A program made the position numbers and the translations under genes. Shown here piece by piece: positions 48,015 to 59,002 of a DNA stretch of 64,000 nt. Origin of the DNA: SAR86 cluster bacterium SAR86B (GTDB taxonomy: Bacteria; Pseudomonadota; Gammaproteobacteria; Magnimaribacterales; D2472). The notes beneath the pieces were generated by a model, which saw only the letters and a program-made list of their open reading frames with translations, did no database searches and was not told where the DNA came from. Within the stretch, counting starts at the first letter, position 1; every line of letters starts with the position of its first letter. The stretch spans positions 212,869 to 276,868 of the forward strand of contig CAJJCW010000002.1 of NCBI GenBank assembly GCA_905182885.1, in the 5' to 3' direction.

Positions 48015-49395
48015 TACCGCCTTTAGTTAACTTAGAAGGATCTAAAAGTTTTTTAAGTTCAGCTACACTAATTCCAGTTTCTTCATGCGCCACGTCAATA
48101 ATAGGCTTATTGTCTTTATAAGCTTTTTTCGCTATAGCTGCAGCTTTACTGTATCCAATTAATCTATTTAAAGCTGTAACTAATATAGGGTTTTTAGATA
48201 ATGACTCTTCTATATTGCTTGTGTTTATCTTAAAAGTTTTTATAGCTTTATTAGCAAGAAGAGGCATTGAATTACCAAGAAGATTGATACTTTTTAATAA
48301 GTTGTAAGCCACTACAGGAAGCATGACATTTAATTGAAAATTTCCACTCTGCCCTGCAATACTTATAGTTAGATCATTACCAACAACATCGGCACAAGCC
48401 ATAGCAACAGCTTCTGGAATAACCGGGTTAACTTTTCCAGGCATGATACTACTTCCGGGTTGGAGAGCTTCTAACTCTATTTCACCCAAGCCAGTTAAAG
48501 GGCCGCTATTCATCCATCTTAGATCGTTACATATTTTAGAAAGGATGATACTCAGATTCTTTAGAGCAGATGAAAGCTCAACCGCATTATCAACAGAGCT
48601 TAATCCTTGATAAAAGTTTTTAGCTGGTTTTGTTTTAAATTTTGTAAGTTTATTAACTTCAAGACAGAAGTTTTTTGAGAAATCTTTATGGCTATTTATT
48701 CCGGTCCCAATAGCTGTTCCTCCTTGAGGAAGATCATTCATTCTTGTAGTAGCAAGAGTTAAAGATTTTTTTACTGACTCTAGTTGTGCCTTCCAGCCTG
48801 ATAACTCTTGAGAAAAATCTATTGGCATTGCATCCATTAAATGAGTCCTACCCGTCTTAACATTACCTTTAGTACTCAACATTTTTTTACCAATAGTATC
48901 GATTAACAAATCTAAGTTGGGTAAAAGTAGTCTATGCATGTCTATTAGGGCACTAACGCAAATAGCAGTTGGTATAACATCGTTAGAACTTTGGCTCATA
49001 TTCACATCATCATTAGCATTAATTTTTAACTTTGATTGCTTTGATGCAACATTGGCTATGACTTCATTAGCATTCATATTTGTACTCGTTCCAGATCCTG
49101 TTTGGAAAATATCCAAAGGAAATGAAGTGTCATAATCACCTTGGATTACCTCTTTTGCTGCTACTTTTATTGCATTAGATTTTTTTACATCTAATAATTT
49201 TAATTTCTGATTTGATGCGGCTGCTGAATATTTAATAATTCCTAAAGCTTCAATAAAAGATCTACCGAATGGGAAGGCAAATTTAATGCCGCTGATTGTG
49301 AAATTATCTAAGGCTCTTTGAGTTTGGGCTCCCCATAATGCTTTTTGAGGGACTTTGACTTCACCGAGACTATCTTTTTCAATTCTAAATTTCAT
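48004..49395 (-). CDS. fumC: class II fumarate hydratase (fumarase/aspartase superfamily)
   Basis: LWGAQTQR, MSQSSNDVIPTA and GSSIMPGKVNP motifs. The residues after KVNP (VIPE) are aspartase-like, so the substrate call is not certain. Confidence 0.75.
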   Translation of the reverse strand: MKFRIEKDSLGEVKVPQKALWGAQTQRALDNFTISGIKFAFPFGRSFIEALGIIKYSAAASNQKLKLLDVKKSNAIKVAAKEVIQGDYDTSFPLDIFQTGSGTSTNMNANEVIANVASKQSKLKINANDDVNMSQSSNDVIPTAICVSALIDMHRLLLPNLDLLIDTIGKKMLSTKGNVKTGRTHLMDAMPIDFSQELSGWKAQLESVKKSLTLATTRMNDLPQGGTAIGTGINSHKDFSKNFCLEVNKLTKFKTKPAKNFYQGLSSVDNAVELSSALKNLSIILSKICNDLRWMNSGPLTGLGEIELEALQPGSSIMPGKVNPVIPEAVAMACADVVGNDLTISIAGQSGNFQLNVMLPVVAYNLLKSINLLGNSMPLLANKAIKTFKINTSNIEESLSKNPILVTALNRLIGYSKAAAIAKKAYKDNKPIIDVAHEETGISVAELKKLLDPSKLTKGGIGG

Positions 49396-49467
49396 GATGC
49401 TCCTGTATTTTGGTAATTTAATTTAGATATGTTATTTTATCATTAAAGATAACAAGGGGATAAGTAA

Positions 49468-50277
49468 ATGACGAATGTTGCACCAATTAAAATTGATATA
49501 TCTGAAGGGAGGCTTCCATTAAAAGGTAAAGGCCTTGAAATGACAGAATTTGCCAATGTTGCAGAGCTTAGAAGAAATCAATTAGAGAAATTAGCTGCAG
49601 GCTTTAGAATGTTTGCCCACTTTGGCTTTAATGAGGGTGTTGCTGGGCATATAACTCTAAGAGACCCTGAATTTCCTGATCATTTTTGGGTAAATCCTCT
49701 AGGCGTTCATTTTTCACAGATCTCTGTATCAGATTTAATTTTAGTTAATCACGATGGGAAAGTAATTCAAGGAGACAAAGACGTAAATGTAGCTGCTTTT
49801 GCTATTCATTCAAGACTTCATGCTGCAAGACCAGATGTTAATGCAGCTGCTCATTCTCATTCAATATATGGGAGGACTTTTTCTACATTAGGAAAGCCGC
49901 TTGACCCAATATCTCAAGATGCCTGTGCTTTCTATGAGACCCAAGCTATATATAAAGATTTTTCCGGTGTCGTAGAAGAAGTTGATGAAGGAGATGAAAT
50001 AGCTAAAACACTTGGTGACAATAAAGTTATTATTCTTCAAAATCATGGAATTCTAACAACAGGGCCATCTGTTGATATAGCTTTATGGTTTTATATGTCT
50101 ATGGAAAGATGCTGCCAAGCTCAATTAATGGCAGAGGCTGCTGGAGATCCAATAATTATTTCTCATGATACTGCTATTAAAACTCGAGGCTTTATAGCCA
50201 ATGATATCGCTGCATGGGCAAGCTACCAACCAGCATTTGATATGATTGTTAAAAAAGAACCAGATTTACTAGATTAG
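49468..50277 (+). CDS. class II aldolase/adducin family protein
   Basis: GVAGHITLRD and the His ligands HSHS. Confidence 0.8.
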   Translation: MTNVAPIKIDISEGRLPLKGKGLEMTEFANVAELRRNQLEKLAAGFRMFAHFGFNEGVAGHITLRDPEFPDHFWVNPLGVHFSQISVSDLILVNHDGKVIQGDKDVNVAAFAIHSRLHAARPDVNAAAHSHSIYGRTFSTLGKPLDPISQDACAFYETQAIYKDFSGVVEEVDEGDEIAKTLGDNKVIILQNHGILTTGPSVDIALWFYMSMERCCQAQLMAEAAGDPIIISHDTAIKTRGFIANDIAAWASYQPAFDMIVKKEPDLLD

Positions 50278-51698
50278 CCTACTGGAATAATTACAGCTTT
50301 AGTCTCTAGGCATTCATCAATGCCATGAACTCCGTGCTCTCTTCCATTTCCTGAAGTCTTATAACCACCAAAAGGTGCTGAACTTCCTCTAGCTCCTCCG
50401 TTAATAGTAATTTGACCAGCTCTTATTTTCTTAGCGACTTCTTGAGCATGAGATAACTCTCCTTGTATATAACCCGCTAAACCAAATTCAGTATCGTTAG
50501 CGATTGCAATTGCCTCTTCTTCTGTTTCATATTTTATGATTGAAAGTACAGGTCCAAAGATTTCTTCTCTTGCTATGGTCATGTCATTAGTTACGTTTGC
50601 AAAAACAGTAGGTTTAACAAAATATCCCTTATCACACCCTTCTGGCTTATCAGGTCCACCTGCTACAAGAGTAGCTCCTTCTTCAATACCTATTTCAATC
50701 ATTCTGACTACCTTTTCATACTGAGCTTTGTTGGCAATAGGGCCCATTCTAAATTCACCATTAGGATCGCCAACGGTAGTCTTGTTAGCAGCAGCAACTG
50801 CAACTTCAACAGCCTTGTCATAATTGGTACTAGAAACTAGCATTCTCGTTGGAGCATTGCATGACTGCCCTGAATTTAAGAAACAATGTCCAGCCCCGCC
50901 TTTCACTGCTTTTTCTATATCAGCAACATCATCAAGAATGATATTTGCAGACTTGCCACCTAATTCTTGTTGGACTCTTTTAACAGTTGGAGCAGAAGCT
51001 TGGGCAACTGCAATTCCAGCCCTTGTTGAGCCTGTGAATGACATCATGTCTACTTTTGGATGTTCTGATAAAGCAGCCCCAACAGTTGGTCCATAGCCAT
51101 TAACAACATTAAATACTCCAGCCGGAACTCCAGCAGCATCAAAAACTTCAGCTAGAAGCATTGCACAAAAAGGTGATATTTCACTTGGTTTTAAAACCAT
51201 AGTGCATCCAGTAGCTATCGCTGAAGAGACCTTTGTTGTGATTTGATTCATAGGCCAGTTCCAAGGTGTAATCATGCCCACCACGCCAATAGGCTCTTTA
51301 ATTATAGTAAAAGTGCCTTCTAATTTTTCAAATTCATAACTTTCTAGAGCTTCAAGAGTTTCTTGAAAATTTCTTAGGCCAGTAGTCACCTGCGCTGCGG
51401 TTGATAGCCAAATTGGTGAGCCCATCTCTTCAGAAATAGTTTTTATAAAGTCTTCAGTTCTATTTTCATACTCTGTAATGATTTTTTTTAACAGGTCTAT
51501 TCTTTCTTCCTTCGAAGTATTACCAAAAGTTTTAAAGGCCTCTGATGCAGCCTGGACTGCTAAATCTATATCTCCCTTAGTTCCAGCAGAAACATGTCCA
51601 ATAACTTCTTCTGTAGCAGGGTTTTCAACTTCAATCCTTTCATCAGACTCAGACTCAACCCATTGACCATTAATATAAAACTCTAATCTATCTTTCAT
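50274..51698 (-). CDS. NAD(P)-dependent aldehyde dehydrogenase
   Basis: ELGGKS, catalytic Cys in GQSCNAPTR, and EEIFGPV. Confidence 0.9.
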   Translation of the reverse strand: MKDRLEFYINGQWVESESDERIEVENPATEEVIGHVSAGTKGDIDLAVQAASEAFKTFGNTSKEERIDLLKKIITEYENRTEDFIKTISEEMGSPIWLSTAAQVTTGLRNFQETLEALESYEFEKLEGTFTIIKEPIGVVGMITPWNWPMNQITTKVSSAIATGCTMVLKPSEISPFCAMLLAEVFDAAGVPAGVFNVVNGYGPTVGAALSEHPKVDMMSFTGSTRAGIAVAQASAPTVKRVQQELGGKSANIILDDVADIEKAVKGGAGHCFLNSGQSCNAPTRMLVSSTNYDKAVEVAVAAANKTTVGDPNGEFRMGPIANKAQYEKVVRMIEIGIEEGATLVAGGPDKPEGCDKGYFVKPTVFANVTNDMTIAREEIFGPVLSIIKYETEEEAIAIANDTEFGLAGYIQGELSHAQEVAKKIRAGQITINGGARGSSAPFGGYKTSGNGREHGVHGIDECLETKAVIIPVG

Positions 51699-51757
51699 AA
51701 CAAAAATTCCCGTATGTTTAGTTCAACAATTATACATAAACAGATGTAGCTATCCTA

Positions 51758-53173
51758 TTAATTTTTTGCAGTTTTAAAAGCCTCAATAGCCCTTAATCTT
51801 GATTCTTTAAGATCAAGAATCTGCATTGGATATTTGCAATATTTTCTGTGTTCAGTCGGTGGATTATGTATAACAGATTTATCCAAATCTTTTAATTCAG
51901 GGAAGTATTTTTTTATAAATAGTCCTTCTTTATCAAAATTTGTAGATTGGGTAATTGGGTTGAAAATTCGGAAATAAGGAGCTGCATCAGTTCCGGTTGA
52001 GCTGCTCCACTGCCAACCCCCGTTATTAGATGCAAAATCACCGTCAATAAGATTCTGCATAAAATACTCCTCACCTAGCCTCCAATCATGAAGCATATTC
52101 TTGGTAAAGAACATGGCTACAACCATTCTAAGCCTATTGTGCATCCATCCCTCATGAAGCAATTGCCTCATAGCTGCATCAATAATAGGAAATCCGGTTT
52201 TGCCCTCCTTCCAAGCATCAAATTCATCTTTATCAAATCTCCATTTTATTGATTTCGAATAATCTTGGAATGGCTGACCTTTACTTACTTTTGAAAAAGA
52301 AAACATAATATTTTTATAAAATTCTCTCCACACAATCTCATCAATCCATTTAGTTATCCCAATATGGCCTGAACTAAATTCAAAATTATTATGCTTTAGT
52401 GCCTCAAGAATACATCTTTTAGATGAAATAATACCTAAGGCTAAATAAGGTGAGATTCTGCTTGTCCCATCAATAATAGGATCATTCCTGTCTTTGGAAT
52501 AATTGATAGCTTTATCTTTAAGAAAATTTTGCAACCTCGCAATAGCCTCTTCCTCTCCAGCAGGCCATAAGTCCATATCAGCCTTATGAGTCTGTTTAAA
52601 ATTAAAATTAAAAGCATCTACATTAGATATGTGATCTGTTTTGCTCTTTTTTTGATACAAATAATCTATATCTAGAAAGTCCATTTCAAAAAATTCTATC
52701 CATTTTCTTTTAAAAGGAGTGAAGACCGAATAGGGGTTTCCCTGACCTGTTTTTAGTGTGCCAGGCTTATATACAACTTGATCATCAAAGGATTCATAAT
52801 TAATTTTATTGCTTGCTAGTGCTTCTGATACTTGTAAATCTCTATGCAGCTCGTCTTCTCCAAATTGATTGTTCCAGAATACTTTATCAATATTATTTTT
52901 TGCCGCTAAATTAGAAATATACCCTTTATCAAAGCTGAAACCTTCACTTTCGATGATCGTAAGACAGATATTTAAATCATTTAATTTTTTTTCCAGTAAA
53001 ACCAAGTTCTTTATTAAAAAATCTACTTTGATATTTGCTTCACTATGGAGGCTTAACTGTTTGGGTGAAAAAAGAAATACAGCTGAGACCTCTTCAGAGT
53101 TTTCACAAGCATTTCTTAGCGCTGGGTTGTCATCAAGCCTAAGATCACCTCTAAACCATACTAAACTTTTCAT
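51758..53173 (-). CDS. phrB: deoxyribodipyrimidine photolyase (class I CPD photolyase family)
   Basis: WFRGDLRLDDNPAL, TGFPIIDAAMRQL, GWMHNRLRM and DGDFASNNGGWQW. Confidence 0.9.
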   Translation of the reverse strand: MKSLVWFRGDLRLDDNPALRNACENSEEVSAVFLFSPKQLSLHSEANIKVDFLIKNLVLLEKKLNDLNICLTIIESEGFSFDKGYISNLAAKNNIDKVFWNNQFGEDELHRDLQVSEALASNKINYESFDDQVVYKPGTLKTGQGNPYSVFTPFKRKWIEFFEMDFLDIDYLYQKKSKTDHISNVDAFNFNFKQTHKADMDLWPAGEEEAIARLQNFLKDKAINYSKDRNDPIIDGTSRISPYLALGIISSKRCILEALKHNNFEFSSGHIGITKWIDEIVWREFYKNIMFSFSKVSKGQPFQDYSKSIKWRFDKDEFDAWKEGKTGFPIIDAAMRQLLHEGWMHNRLRMVVAMFFTKNMLHDWRLGEEYFMQNLIDGDFASNNGGWQWSSSTGTDAAPYFRIFNPITQSTNFDKEGLFIKKYFPELKDLDKSVIHNPPTEHRKYCKYPMQILDLKESRLRAIEAFKTAKN

Positions 53174-54158
53174 AGTGATATTTTTTCCATAATGTTCTTT
53201 TTTAAAAGCTCTCTAATTTTAAAAACCTTATCCTCATTACCATAGTAGGAATCTTTCTGAAGATTGGATTTAAAACTAAGCCTGTTTATTAGATTATTTG
53301 CCTCTAGTCTTAAAAGCATATTTTCATACTTTGTATCAGATTTAATCCTCTTAGGTGATAGTGTTGAAACAGATAAACCGCTACTAACTGATTCCGTGAT
53401 CATCATAGCGCTATCTTCTGTAACATAGATAAAATCTGAATCATTAAACATTGCATCTAGGTCAGCATTTTCTCCACCCCTATGAAACCATATAGATCCA
53501 GGATCGCAGTATGTCCTCATTTCATTGTATAAATAATCTTCGTGGGTTTTATCGGTTCTTCTGGAGGTAACTATTAATGGCTTTATTCCAGTTGTAGTCT
53601 CAAAATGTTTAATATTTTTCTCTAGCTCTTCCCAATCGTTCATTGTGTATGTGTACCCAGCTCCATTACCTCCTAAAAGAAATAATGCCTTATTTTTATT
53701 CGTCTTATTTCTTTGTAAATTAGGCTTGTATTTGTTGGGGGCTAACAAGGTAACTATATTTGAAGAGGAATTGATATCAGGCTCAATAGTAATATGGGCC
53801 GCAAAATATATTGATTTTAGTCCCCTTAAAGAACCTATTTGAATGGATGGAATATTATATTTTTTGCTTAGAGCTGCTGTGATAAATGATGTATTTCCTC
53901 CAGCTGGCAATTATTAAGTCGAAGTCTTTTAAATTTAAGAGGGTAGTAAATATCTAAAATTTTCTGAATCTTTAAAATTTTTACACTTTTAAATAGGTGT
54001 CTTAAGTAAAGTCTTGTAATAGATCTCATTAAAGGGAACTTGTGTACCATCTTGAAGATAGTTTGCTGATTAGGAATATCCTCGGCGAGAAGATTTGCAA
54101 CACCTATGGATTGATTAAAGTGCCCGGGGATGCCGTCGCTGATAATAGCAATTCTCAT
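53170..54158 (-). pseudogene. ELM1/DUF1022 family (mitochondrial fission ELM1-like) gene with a disrupted frame
   Basis: The track splits it into 53868..54158 (MRIAIISDGIPGHFNQSIGVANLL...) and 53170..53910 (TTG start, PAGGNTSFITAALSKKY...). A third frame between them reads KDFDLIIA, which bridges the two. Confidence 0.65.
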
Positions 54159-54161
54159 TTA

Positions 54162-54914
54162 TTATTCTACAATTTTTGAATTAGAAAAATATGCATCTAC
54201 TTGAAAGTTTTCCCGTCTGTTTTTAATATCAGCCCTTCCGCCTGCTGCATTTATAATTGCTGCACCTGCAGCTATATCCCATAAATAAGTTCCAAATTCT
54301 TTATATAAATCTGCTTTACCTGATGCAACATAGACTGATGCCATTGCTGCAGAACCGATCATTCTTACTTTTTTCCAATCCTGGAAGTCTTTAATCATTT
54401 TTAGCATTGCTTCATCTGAATAATCTGTATTATTAGGAAGCCCTGTAACTAATATTCCATCCCTAGGCTTTGTGATAGAAGATGTATTTAATACATTCCC
54501 GTTCAATAAAGCAGATTGGTATATTGAACCTTCATAAAGATCATCATTATTAAAATCATAGATAACGCCCATTACAGGCTCTAAATCCTTAATTAGCGCT
54601 ATTGATACACAGCATATAGGGATATCTCTAGAGTAATTAGCTGTTCCATCTAAAGGGTCCACAACCCAAAAAGTACTTCCAAGGTCGTCAACAGATTTAC
54701 CGCTTTCTTCTGCAAGAATTGGGTATATAGACTCTTTATTGAGAATAGCTTTAATTAATCGTTCAGCGCTTACATCTGCCTCTAATTTAATATCTTTACT
54801 AGATGTAAAAGTTGCTTTGTTTAAATCTTTCTTATTACTCAACAGCATTTTGCCAGCCTCTAAAGAAGCCTTTATCGCGATAGATAGTTCATGTCTCATG
54901 CTTTCAGTATTCAT
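54162..54914 (-). CDS. inositol monophosphatase family protein (SuhB/CysQ-like)
   Basis: AEESG, WVVDPLDGTANY and WDIAAGAAI motifs. Confidence 0.8.
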   Translation of the reverse strand: MNTESMRHELSIAIKASLEAGKMLLSNKKDLNKATFTSSKDIKLEADVSAERLIKAILNKESIYPILAEESGKSVDDLGSTFWVVDPLDGTANYSRDIPICCVSIALIKDLEPVMGVIYDFNNDDLYEGSIYQSALLNGNVLNTSSITKPRDGILVTGLPNNTDYSDEAMLKMIKDFQDWKKVRMIGSAAMASVYVASGKADLYKEFGTYLWDIAAGAAIINAAGGRADIKNRRENFQVDAYFSNSKIVE

Positions 54915-55060
54915 ATTTTCTCAGGTAAGTAGTTAGCCTTATAAATAACATTATATTTATCAATTGGTAATAATAGTAGAGACATGTATGTTAAAAATTT
55001 ATTCATATTTGTCATGTGTGGTTATATGAATATAATAAACTAATTTTATAAGTTAAATCT

Positions 55061-56440
55061 ATGACAATTAGCTCAGCATTATCAATTCTTTTTTTAAGCT
55101 TTTTTGCTTCCATAACATTTAATGGATTCTTTAGGAATCTTGCAAAGAAGTATGGGATTCTTATTGATCTTCCGGACAAAAGCAGAAAGTTTCATTTTAG
55201 AGCCACTCCTCTTACTGGAGGCATATCTATATTTACAGCAATGATCGTAACTGGGTTATTGCTGAACGGCTTAACGATAGTTCCGGTAGAGACAAATATT
55301 AAAGAAGGATTGCTTAAAAATGCTGAATTTTCTAGTCAAAATATAACTAAAAAATATGAAGTTGCAAAAAAAGAATACGAGGTTAATACAGAGATAGATA
55401 AAAACTCTAATTCTATAAAGGTTGATGTTGGTCTTGCCAATCAAACCCCCTCTTCAGTCAAGATAACTCCCAATGCAAACGGAAATTTTGATGTACTTTT
55501 TCCGGATGGCTCTGTTGAGGTGTACAGCTATGAAAATGGGCAAGTTAAGAATACCTCCTCTCCCCTCGAAGGATTTCTTTCTCCTTTGATTAAAAATAGC
55601 TCAGGTTTAGTGGTAGATAGCGCTAGTCTTGCTATGTTTATTTGTGGTGGCTTTATTGTTTTCTTTATGATGATTGATGACTTTATAGGAATAAGAGCAT
55701 CTATTAGATTAGCATTCCAAGCTTTAATAGCTTACCTGTTTATTTTAATGTGTGATGTGTCCATTATTAATTTAGGAAATTTGTTTGGGTTTGGCGTTAT
55801 TGAGCTTAAATATATATATTCAATTATTTTTACAATTTTCTGCGTTGTTGGTCTGATGAATGCTTTTAATATGATAGATGGGCTTAATGGAATTTGTGCA
55901 TCGTTTGCACTTATGCCTCTTCTTATATTAATGTTTTTTGGATCTGTAAAATATGGTTTATTGATACCGATAGGAGCTCTAATAGGCTTTCTTACCTATA
56001 ATCTAGGTTGGTTTGGTAAAAAAAGAGGGGTATTTTTAGGCGACAGTGGCTCAAATCTACTTGGATTCATTGTTGCAATACTGTGCATTGATCTCAGCCA
56101 AGACCACCAAGCTATAAATCCTGTTACTGCATTATGGCTTGTGGCTATACCTTTACTTGATTGTGTTGGTGTAATGGGATCAAGATTACTAAAAGGCATT
56201 GGTCCATTTAAGCCTGGAAGAGACCATCTTCACCATAAACTTGTTGATTTAGGACTAACTCAAAATAATATACTTGTTGTATTTATTACATTATCATCTG
56301 GGTTGGGTTTAATCGGCTGGATGTTTGAAGTGGTCTTCCCTAGTAAGGAATATCTATCTTTTTATTCATTTGTATTATTTGCTATTACCTACTTTGTAAC
56401 TAAATATACTATTCTAGAAAAAAATGCTAAATCTATTTAA
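55061..56440 (+). CDS. polyprenyl-phosphate N-acetylhexosamine-1-phosphate transferase (WecA/MraY, GT4 family) with a large extra loop
   Basis: Loop-1 motif PDKSRKFH..TPLTGGI, the DD motif MIDDF and NAFNMIDGLNG. About 115 extra hydrophilic residues lie between TM2 and TM3. Confidence 0.8.
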   Translation: MTISSALSILFLSFFASITFNGFFRNLAKKYGILIDLPDKSRKFHFRATPLTGGISIFTAMIVTGLLLNGLTIVPVETNIKEGLLKNAEFSSQNITKKYEVAKKEYEVNTEIDKNSNSIKVDVGLANQTPSSVKITPNANGNFDVLFPDGSVEVYSYENGQVKNTSSPLEGFLSPLIKNSSGLVVDSASLAMFICGGFIVFFMMIDDFIGIRASIRLAFQALIAYLFILMCDVSIINLGNLFGFGVIELKYIYSIIFTIFCVVGLMNAFNMIDGLNGICASFALMPLLILMFFGSVKYGLLIPIGALIGFLTYNLGWFGKKRGVFLGDSGSNLLGFIVAILCIDLSQDHQAINPVTALWLVAIPLLDCVGVMGSRLLKGIGPFKPGRDHLHHKLVDLGLTQNNILVVFITLSSGLGLIGWMFEVVFPSKEYLSFYSFVLFAITYFVTKYTILEKNAKSI

Positions 56441-56855
56441 AAAGAAAATCCCAGAAAAAGAATTAACCATACCTGTATTTGAGGTAGAGCTAATAGGATC
56501 AGTCCTAGCTTATGAGATTGCAAGATCAGATGGTGAAATTAGCGATGATGAGGCAACTCTTCTTCTTGGGGAGATAAAGAAAATTTCAGAAAAAGTTGGT
56601 AAAGACGAGAAAGATATACTCAAATTAATAGAAACCTACAGCAATGATAGTGTTTCATTTTATGAATTCATTGAGGACATAAACAAACACTTTACAAAAG
56701 AAGACAAAATTTTATTAATAAGCTTTCTTTGGGATGTTGCCTATGCGGACTCAAATCTTGATGTCGATGAAGAGAGGCTTATAAGAAGAATAGCCGATCT
56801 TATAAGAATAAAAGATATGGATGTATTAAAACTAAAAGATAGAGCTAAAAATTAA
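56424..56855 (+). CDS. TerB-like (tellurite resistance TerB / DjlA N-domain family) protein
   Basis: The pattern DGEISDDEATLL ... DVAYADSNLDVDEERLIRRIADLI. It overlaps the wecA-like stop by 17 nt. Confidence 0.6.
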   Translation: MLNLFKKKIPEKELTIPVFEVELIGSVLAYEIARSDGEISDDEATLLLGEIKKISEKVGKDEKDILKLIETYSNDSVSFYEFIEDINKHFTKEDKILLISFLWDVAYADSNLDVDEERLIRRIADLIRIKDMDVLKLKDRAKN

Positions 56856-56869
56856 ATTAGTAACTCTAT

Positions 56870-58643
<1,774 letters not shown>

Positions 58644-59002
58644 GAAAAATGATACCTGTTATGTAGTGGTTATAATTACTTCTAATTAGTTAGAAAATAA
58701 AATTATACAACTAATATTATGTATATTGTATGATGTATTATTAATCAACCTGCCAAACATATTAATGGATTGTTAAGCTTTTCATACAAAGACTTAAGTA
58801 AAGAAATATTTGATATGTTAATTAATATATTTCGAAATAACTTACTTTAAAATATCCAATATAGGTGAAATGTCATGATATGTACATAATTAATGATATT
58901 AATGTTGTTTTGTTCCGATAATTGCTATATAATCGGTTTTTAGGTTGTATGCTATTATTTGCTATAGTTCAACCATTAATCATTATTTAAAGGTGTTAAA
59001 AA

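Noticed and set aside
48004-49395. Calling this gene aspartate ammonia-lyase (aspA) because of KVNPVIPE.
   Set aside because: The N-terminal LWGAQTQR, the MSQSSNDVIPTA block and the 463-aa length fit FumC better. It is kept as fumC with reduced confidence.
2663-56199. Many 60 to 130-aa track ORFs nested antisense or out of frame inside larger genes. Examples are 2663..2869, 3205..3414, 7874..8143, 10088..10300, 14118..14381, 34499..34888, 35804..36118, 37979..38335, 45757..46113, 50824..51096, 52869..53192 and 55996..56199.
   Set aside because: Each is fully contained in a longer ORF with clear family motifs. Their sequences are low-complexity or compositionally odd, as expected by chance.
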